A stretch of DNA of 63,246 bases, the filler included, from Octopus bimaculoides (taxonomy: Eukaryota): the NCBI RefSeq assembly GCF_001194135.2. It is 8 parts of 7 records of this genome, joined end to end, with 100 filler letters (N's around TTAATTAATTAA, not from the genome) between each part and the next. Parts side by side here need not be neighbours in the genome. Positions count along the whole stretch, not along the records: positions 54,437 to 56,738 come from NC_068982.1; positions 56,839 to 60,795 come from NC_068992.1; positions 60,896 to 63,246 come from NW_026305159.1; 5 more parts are not named here. One strand, given 5' to 3'. A program made the translations under genes and the position numbers. A model generated the notes under the pieces. It made no database searches. It was not told the DNA's origin and saw nothing but the letters and a program-made list of their open reading frames with translations. Every line of letters starts with the position of its first letter. The stretch's first letter is position 1. Below are positions 55,124 through 63,246 of this stretch, piece after piece.

Positions 55124-56738
55124 AAAACGATAGTTATTGCTACGCTGTTGCAGTTTAAACTAAAATTTAGACGTTAAACTCAGAACTAGAGCGTTTATTA
55201 GAAAGAGGTCGCGTGAAGATATTACATTAAGAAAAATAATAGAATAAAGATATATAAAAACATGAATGAAAGAATTATTATAATTTTATAAAATCACCAT
55301 ACGGCGTTCAAGTTAAAACTAACATTATTAAAGGAATTTTAAAAGTTATTGATATATTCCTTGGAGATAATAAATAATATTATATTATATTTTCTACTAA
55401 TAATTTTGGTGTAGGTTATTCTACTACTAATAATGTTACTAACATTATCTCTTCTTTTAATAGATTTAAGTTAAATAAGTATTATAAATTCAAATTTAAT
55501 ATTTATTCTCATAATAATAATAATGTGAACCAGGATATAATTAATTGTACATGTAGAGATAAGACTAAATGTAAATTTAATAATAAATGCAATTTGAAGG
55601 ATGTCGTGTATAAATGCATAGTGACTTTAATGAATGGGAATAAGCATAATGGTTATAATTTAAATAAGATTTACATAAGATAGACTTCTAATAGAATTAA
55701 ATTACGAGTGGCTCAACATATGCACTCATTTAAGAATAGAAATTTGATTAATTCTACTGGCCTTAGTAAATATATTTGGGAACTTAAATCTAAAAGTATA
55801 AACTATATTTTAAAATGGGAGATAGTTTGTAAGGCGAAATCCTATCGTATAGGTAATAATTTTTGTAATTTATGTAATAATGAATTTAAAGAGATATTAT
55901 TTCATAATTATAATACTTTACTTAATTCTTTTGATGAACGAAAAATAAAATGTAGATATAAAGTACTTTATATAATAATTTTAGCTAATTGTGTTTTTTC
56001 TATATATATTTATATATATATATTTGTATGTGTGAGTGTTTAAATGCGTGTATATATATATACATGGGTGTATGTGTGTATATGTATGTATATGTATGGG
56101 TATATGTATATGTGTGTGTGTATGTGCTTTAGTCTGTATGTGTAAGTATGTATGTATATATATGGGTGTATGTATGTGTATGTATGTATTTATATATGTA
56201 TATATATATGTGTGTGTGTATATATGTATATATATATATATGCGTATGTGTGTTTATATATATATGTGTGTGTGTGCGTGTGTGTGCGTGTGTGTGCGTG
56301 TGTGAGTGTGTGTTTGTTTATACTATTCCTTCTTTACTAAATGTAGTAAATGACACTACGATTTTTAAAAGATTAATAATATAGATATTTTAATTAATTA
56401 AATTAATAATACCATTTTAGCTTATTTCATATATATTATTTAAGTTATGTTTCTTAGTCTTATTATTTAAAATTTATAATTACTTAGAATTTAACGTTCT
56501 TTAAAATGTTTTACAATATAGCAAAATATTTTATTACGATGTAAGTTATATAAAGTTTAAATCTTTCATTTATGATTTTATAAAGAATTCTTTCATTCAT
56601 GTTTTTATATCTCTTTATTCTATTCTTTTTCTTAACGTAATATCTTCACGCGACCTCTTTCTAATAAACGCTCTAGTTCTGAGTTTAACGTCTAAATTTT
56701 AGTTTAAACTGCAGCAGCGTAGCGATAAGTATCGTTTT
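55124..56738. repeat. 153-bp inverted repeat pair (55124-55276 / 56586-56738) flanking the GIY-YIG relic; degenerate third copy at ~54690-54810
   Basis: Manual alignment of left arm against reverse complement of right arm: 6 mismatches in 153 bp. Confidence 0.9.
55285..55985 (+). pseudogene. Penelope-like linker + GIY-YIG endonuclease relic (no RT seen)
   Basis: One frame reads SPYGVQVKTNIIKGILKVID..*..IFSTNNFGVGYSTTNNVTNIISSFN..CTCRDKTKC..KC..VVYKCIV..IYIR*TSNRIKLRVAQHMHSF..STGLSKYIWELK..KWEIV..CNLCNNE..LLN..KCRY. In-frame stops at 55375 and 55681; the YIG motif has decayed to YIR*. Confidence 0.75.
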
Positions 56739-56838
56739 NNNNNNNNNNNNNNNNNNNNNNNNNNNNNNNNNNNNNNNNNNNNTTAATTAATTAANNNNNN
56801 NNNNNNNNNNNNNNNNNNNNNNNNNNNNNNNNNNNNNN

Positions 56839-56869
<31 letters not shown>

Positions 56870-56921
56870 GGAAAAGGAGGAGGAGGAAGAGGAAGAGGAA
56901 GAGGAAGAGGAAGAGGAAGAG
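56839..56921 (+). repeat. (GAG)/(GAGGAA)n purine tract in the SKOR intron
   Basis: Visible directly. Confidence 0.9.
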
Positions 56922-57000
56922 CTGTAATCTAGTTTAAAAAAACCATGTCAAATGTAAATGTTAAACGAGCCAACAAAACGCAACGAAAAGCAAGACGTAC

Positions 57001-57920
57001 TTGTTAAGTAAAGTGTTAGAAATCTGTGCCAAACACAGTCGTTCTTTGGAGTCTATGAAGAGAGAAACTATTGGAACGCCTGCAAGGATGACATTACCAA
57101 TTTGGTTCTGGTGAGTGGGAACGTATTCTTTGGGACTCCCTTTGCCATTATTGATGCTGTTGTTGTTGTTGCCATTGTTACCGCTACCACTACCCGTCGT
57201 CGTTGTTGTACTGCTCGCCGTGAGACTATTATGGTTGCTGCTGTTGCTGTTGTTGCTGCCGTTACTATTATTATTATTATTAGTAGTAGTATTGGTGTTG
57301 ATGCCGCTGTTACTGCTGCTGCTGCTGCTGTTGCTACTGTTGCTGTTGCTGTTGTTATAATGGTGATGGTGGTGGTGATGATGGTGGTGATGGGGATGCG
57401 GATGAAGATGAAGATTGCTGTGCGCTTTGTTACTGCTGCTGCTGCTGCTGCTGTTGTTGTTGTTGGCGGTGGTGGTGCTACCGTTTTGGCTGCTACTGCC
57501 GGCACCACCACCGCCTCCGCTGCCGCCGCCCCCGCCCACGATGCTCCGAATGGGGCTGACAATATGGCTGCTGTGAGGATGATGATGGCTGTTGATACTG
57601 ATGTTGCTGTTATTGTTGCCGTTGTTGCTACCGGAACCGCTGCCAATAGCCGTATGGAGAGTATTACTACTGCTGCTATTGTTATTACTGATAAGGTTAG
57701 AACTGTTGTTACCACTACTACTACTACCACTACTACCACTACTACCACTACTGGTAATAATACCAGCAGTACTGCTGCTGTTGATGATGCTAGATTGGTG
57801 TGCTAAATGATGAGGAGTGTGACTCAAAGACTGAAGATACTGCGATTGCTGTCCATCGGCACTCACAGGCCGTTGTAACTCCTTGTCGATATTTCCAAGG
57901 CAATGCGTTTTGCTGGTCAT
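57001..57920 (-). CDS. SKOR: Coding exon of a SKOR/fussel/Corl (SKI family transcriptional corepressor) gene: low-complexity N-terminus plus start of the Ski/Sno/Dac homology domain; remaining exons not found in window
   Basis: Translation ends ...QIGNVILAGVPIVSLFIDSKERLCLAQISNTLLNK, matching the SKOR1/2/fussel motif GxPIVSLxIDxxERLCLAQISNTLL (recalled family motif). Similarity stops at donor AA|GTACGT (57001/57000, phase 2). Upstream is a strong acceptor TTCTGTTTTTCTTTCTTTCTCTCATTGTAG| ending at 57932, 11 nt before the ATG at 57920. Confidence 0.9.
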
Positions 57921-57931
57921 CTCGGGTATAG

Positions 57932-57962
57932 CTACAATGAGAGAAAGAAAGAAAAACAGAAG
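57932..57962 (-). promoter_or_regulatory. 3' splice acceptor (polypyrimidine tract + AG) of the SKOR exon
   Basis: Minus strand reads tctgtttttctttctttctctcattgtAG|ctatacccgagATG. Confidence 0.7.
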
Positions 57963-58212
57963 AATTAAACCCGGTGTATAAATATGTATACAGTATATAT
58001 ATATATATATATATNNNNNNNNNNNNNNNNNNNNNNNNNNNNNNNNNNNNNNNNNNNNNNNNNNNNNNNNNNNNNNNNNNNNNNNNNNNNNNNNNNNNNN
58101 NNNNNNNNNNNNNNNNNNNNNNNNNNNNNNNNNNNNNNNNNNNNNNNNNNNNNNNNNNNNNNNNNNNNNNNNNNNNNNNNNNNNNNNNNNNNNNNNNNNN
58201 NNNNNNNNNNNN

Positions 58213-58243
<31 letters not shown>

Positions 58244-58267
58244 TTAAAAAATATATATATATGCATA

Positions 58268-58437
58268 CATCATCATCATTTAACGTCTGTCTTCCATGCT
58301 GACATGGATGGGACGGTTTGAGAGGAGCCGGCTATGTAGAAACCAACCCCAGCCTGCTGTGTCTGTTTTGGCCTGAGCTTTAAGGCTGGATGCCCTTCCT
58401 GGCACCGACCACCCCGTAGAGTAGATGAGTGTTTCTT
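58268..58437 (-). mobile_element. 3' tail of an RTE-related SINE/LINE ending in (ATG)n
   Basis: CATCATCATCATTTAACGTCTGTCTTCCATGCT..GGCTGGATGCCCTTCCT; recalled as a common octopus interspersed repeat. Confidence 0.5.
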
Positions 58438-58452
58438 ATATATTCATATACA

Positions 58453-58860
58453 GGTGCAGGCGTGGCTGTGTGGTAATAAGCCAGCAGCCCAACCACATAA
58501 TTCTGTGTTCGGTTGCAATGCGTGGTACTAAAGACAAATATCTTCTATAGCTCCTTGTGAGTAGATTTAGTAGACGGAAACTGAAAGAAACCCGTCATAT
58601 TTGTATATACATATGTGTGTGTGTGTATGTACATGTGTATATGTGTGTGTGTGTCGTTGTGCCTGCGCTTGGCTCCACCAACGATGGACAACGACGTTGG
58701 TTTGTTTACGGCAAAAACGACCGCTAGCAAAAGTACCTGACTTAAAAAGAAAAGAAAAAGTACTGGGGTTGATTAATCCGACTAAATCCTACAAGGCAGT
58801 GCTCCAGCAAGGCCGCAGTCCAATGACTGCAACAAGTGAAGGATAAAAGATCAAAGATTA
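58453..58860 (+). mobile_element. SINE family A copy
   Basis: GGTGCAGGCGTGGCTGTGTGG..TAGACGGAAACTGAAAGAAACCCGTC..GTGCTCCAGCAAGGCCGCAGTC. Confidence 0.75.
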
Positions 58861-59269
58861 AATAACAACGTGCCAGTGTTACATTTCAGTAACGTTTGGC
58901 TGCTATTTCTAGCACCTAGAACAGCAACCACTGGGTCCGCTGGAGAAGCTAAATATTACATGTATGTATGTATATGTATATGTGTGCGTATGTATGTATG
59001 TATGTATGTATGTATGTATGTATGTATATGTATATATGTATGTGTATGTATGTGTATATCGGTATGTATGTATGCTTATATGTATTTCTGTGTATATGTG
59101 TGTGTGCGTGCGTGTGCATCTCTTACTTGTTTCCGTCAATAGACGACGGCCATGCTGGGGCACCGCCTCCAAAGATTTTTAGTCGAATGAATCGAACCAC
59201 GAGCTTGCGGGGACCAACATTGGCGGTGGCGGGGATCAAACACAGAAATCGAACACAAACACAAACACA

Positions 59270-60240
59270 CACATATTCTTTTACTTGCTTCAGCCATTTG
59301 ACTGCGGCCATGCTGGAGCACGGCCATTAGTCGAACAAATCGACCCAGGACTTATTCTTTGCTTAATTCTAGGACTTATTCTATCGGCCTCTTTTGCCGA
59401 ACCACTAAATTAGGGGGACGGAAACACACCAACATCGATTATCAAGCGATGTTGGGAGAACAGACACAGACACACAAATACATACATACATACATACATA
59501 CATACATACATACATACATACATANNNNNNNNNNNNNNNNNNNNNNNNNNNNNNNNNNNNNNNNNNNNNNNNNNNNNNNNNNNNNNNNNNNNNNNNNNNN
59601 NNNNNNNNNNNNNNNNNNNNNNNNNNNNNNNNNNNNNNNNNNNNNNNNNNNNNNNNNNNNNNNNNNNNNNNNNNNNNNNNNNNNNNNNNNNNNNNNNNNN
59701 NNNNNNNNNNNNNNNNNNNNNNNNNNNNNNNNNNNNNNNNNNNNNNNNNNNNNNNNNNNNNNNNNNNNNNNNNNNNNNNNNNNNNNNNNNNNNNNNNNNN
59801 NNNNNNNNNNNNNNNNNNNNNNNNNNNNNNNNNNNNNNNNNNNNNNNNNNNNNNNNNNNNNNNNNNNNNNNNNNNNNNNNNNNNNNNNNNNNNNNNNNNN
59901 NNNNNNNNNNNNNNNNNNNNNNNNNNNNNNNNNNNNNNNNNNNNNNNNNNNNNNNNNNNNNNNNNNNNNNNNNNNNNNNNNNNNNNNNNNNNNNNNNNNN
60001 NNNNNNNNNNNNNNNNNNNNNNNNNNNNNNNNNNNNNNNNNNNNNNNNNNNNNNNNNNNNNNNNNNNNNNNNNNNNNNNNNNNNNNNNNNNNNNNNNNNN
60101 NNNNNNNNNNGTCTTCTTTTACCAAATCCCCTCTTAAGGCTTTGGTCGGCGGAGGGTATAGTAGAAGACACTTGCCCTGGATGACACACACAGGGATGGA
60201 ACCCGGAACCATAAGATTCCTACCACACACCCACGCAACG
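59270..60240 (-). mobile_element. SINE family A copy spanning a gap
   Basis: 3' half 59270-59520, 5' half 60110-60240, reverse orientation. Confidence 0.7.
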
Positions 60241-60643
60241 GAGTGACTTAAAGGTCGAGAGTTTCGTGCATTGGCACTTACCAAACAAATCGAAAACCTA
60301 AATCCACAACACTCCAATTTGTAACTAGTTTGGTAAGTGGCAACGCACGAAACTCTCGGCCCTACAGTTACTCTGCTGCTTCTGCTATGTATCATTTAGG
60401 AGAAGTGGTGCTTGGGGAATCGTCGGGCTGCTTTGCCTTCTGTTAATTTCTGAAATATTGCAAACCGCCGACTGAATCGTCACGCTTAGTTAAACATAGA
60501 AAGGTGTTTACAGCTGTTGCGAATACTGACAAAATTTAAACTCATTGATTGGCCTTTGAAGAATAAAACGTGGCCGCCACTTCAAAATGTCAGGTCATGC
60601 GGAAAGTTGTTTTATTTCATAGGTATAAGTACACACACACACA

Positions 60644-60691
<48 letters not shown>

Positions 60692-62647
60692 CATATATAT
60701 ATATGTAGAGGGCTCATTGTATTTTAACTGTAATCAAAACAATAGAGACACGCCAAGTAGCACATATGTAGATATAAACATACCCAGACACAATGNNNNN
60801 NNNNNNNNNNNNNNNNNNNNNNNNNNNNNNNNNNNNNNNTTAATTAATTAANNNNNNNNNNNNNNNNNNNNNNNNNNNNNNNNNNNNNNNNNNNNCGCGC
60901 GCGCGCGCAAACGAACGCACGCACAGAAATACTAACAGAAACGCATGCATGCATACGTACACTTACATATATATGCGAACAGATACATTCACCGACATAC
61001 ACACCCGCACACGTACATACACACAAGCGCACTCACAGACACAGACGAAAGCATGTTCACACACGCATGGACACAGAGGCATAGACACACGCAAGCAGAC
61101 GCATTCACACACACACACACACACACAGAGGCACATACACGCACCTACACGCGCATATACGCAACCACGCTCTCTCTCTCTCTCTCTACACACACACATA
61201 CACACACGCGTACATACACAGACGTATATATCGCGGACTGTTATAAGATTGCCGGGTTAATATATTGTTTTTCATATGAATGATAAATGAAGAAGAAAAG
61301 ATGTTAATAAAAATAATAACAAGCGCAGAGAGAGAAAAATGGGAGAATATTTCCGCTCTGTTCCGTACATATTATAATGCGCTCGCATCTACACTTCAGC
61401 CACAATGAAAGAAAAGGAAAAAAAAAACGAGGAGCAAAAACACAGGAAAATGTTAGCAAATGTCGTAATTGTTGCCACTATATATNNNNNNNNNNNNNNN
61501 NNNNNNNNNNNNNNNNNNNNNNNNNNNNNNNNNNNNNNNNNNNNNNNNNNNNNNNNNNNNNNNNNNNNNNNNNNNNNNNNNNNNNNNNNNNNNNNNNNNN
61601 NNNNNNNNNNNNNNNNNNNNNNNNNNNNNNNNNNNNNNNNNNNNNNNNNNNNNNNNNNNNNNNNNNNNNNNNNNNNNNNNNNNNNNNNNNNNNNNNNNNN
61701 NNNNNNNNNNNNNNNNNNNNNNNNNNNNNNNNNNNNNNNNNNNNNNNNNNNNNNNNNNNNNNNNNNNNNNNNNNNNNNNNNNNNNNNNNNNNNNNNNNNN
61801 NNNNNNNNNNNNNNNNNNNNNNNNNNNNNNNNNNNNNNNNNNNNNNNNNNNNNNNNNNNNNNNNNNNNNNNNNNNNNNNNNNNNNNNNNNNNNNNNNNNN
61901 NNNNNNNNNNNNNNNNNNNNNNNNNNNNNNNNNNNNNNNNNNNNNNNNNNNNNNNNNNNNNNNNNNNNNNNNNNNNNNNNNNNNNNNNNNNNNNNNNNNN
62001 NNNNNNNNNNNNNNNNNNNNNNNNNNNNNNNNNNNNNNNNNNNNNNNNNNNNNNNNNNNNNNNNNNNNNNNNNNNNNNNNNNNNNNNNNNNNNNNNNNNN
62101 NNNNNNNNNNNNNNNNNNNNNNNNNNNNNNNNNNNNNNNNNNNNNNNNNNNNNNNNNNNNNNNNNNNNNNNNNNNNNNNNNNNNNNNNNNNNNNNNNNNN
62201 ATATATATATATATACAGGTATGTATGTATGAGTGTATAAAGTTGATATATGGGACTTAGTACTTTCAGCATTAAATATTTATGAGCGGTCAGACAGAAG
62301 ATGAAAAGTTTGTCAATTGAAAAATATTGGAGAATATTACAAAATAATGCGTGTACAGGGGGGAAATACTTCCCCCACCACCACCACCACATGCCTATGT
62401 TTATGTGCAAACACGCATATGCATTTATACTTACAGACATATACGCACACACATACAGACACTTATACATGTATATGTATGTGTATATAGAAATGCGTGT
62501 GTCTGTGTCTGTACATATATGTATGTATGCATGTATGTATGTATATATCTATCTGTCTATCTATCTATCTATCTATCTATCTATTTATCTATCTATCTAT
62601 TTATCTGTCTATCTATCTATCTATTTATCTGTCTATCTATTTATCTG

Positions 62648-62716
<69 letters not shown>

Positions 62717-63246
62717 TGTGAATGTGTGTGTGTGCGTGCGTGTGTGCGTGTATTTGTGTGTACCAGTAAAATCTGTATTACTCAACATTTCCCATTAATG
62801 AAAGCACGACTCATCCGTCGCACATGATTTGCAAAGGAAACGTTTGTCTATGGATAACGCGCAATATTCCTTTCTATTATTTGGCGTAAAACAAAAACAA
62901 AAAAATAAATAAAACACGACTGCCTTACCAAACCGCGGTGCTGAAGCGGACGTTGAGTTGGGAAAACAGTGATGCAGGAGATAAGAGTAGTCTCCCTTGC
63001 GTTCAGTTGAAATTCCATTAGGATTTATTTACGAAAGAAGTCTGAACTCGTCTCAAAGTGCCAGAATGAAGCTTGTTACCTCTAGAGAGAATTCTGATTT
63101 GAGAGAAGCGGAATGTCTGGATGTAAAACAATCAACAAACAATGGAAAATATACTTTGAAACATACTTTATATAAATATTTAACTGTTACTGTTATAATA
63201 GCGCTTACACCTAATTTTTTTTCACATCATCACGCACACATACATA

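Noticed and set aside
57068-57810. Alternative-frame and antisense ORFs overlapping the SKOR exon (226, 234, 81, 72 aa)
   Set aside because: Shadows of the trinucleotide-rich coding exon

Overview
Gappy, microsatellite-saturated animal genomic DNA. The SINE repertoire and repeat density point to an octopus/coleoid cephalopod (inference, not checked). One host coding exon is supported: a minus-strand 931-nt exon (57931->57001) of a SKOR/fussel (Ski-family corepressor) gene, with a very long Ser/Asn/Gly/His low-complexity N-terminus ending in the start of the Ski/Sno/Dac domain. I found no downstream SKOR exon in the window. The rest is non-coding or mobile-element relics: a near full-length Penelope-like element (RT + GIY-YIG), a second GIY-YIG relic flanked by 153-bp inverted repeats, three R4/Dong-like LINE fragments, Tx1-, RTE- and other REL-type LINE ends, a Chapaev3-like DNA transposon with a nested hAT/Charlie-like MITE, a mariner MITE and three tRNA-derived SINE families. 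The most interesting unexplained signals are about 7 minimal hammerhead-ribozyme-like motifs, a tRNA-like Pol III unit in a ~315-bp repeat, and a 33-bp-stem hairpin upstream of the SKOR exon. Seven 44N-TTAATTAATTAA-44N scaffold linkers and several gap-flanking duplications mean local contiguity is not guaranteed. Nearly all ORFs in the supplied track are microsatellite or N-run artefacts. SINE and relic boundaries are approximate.
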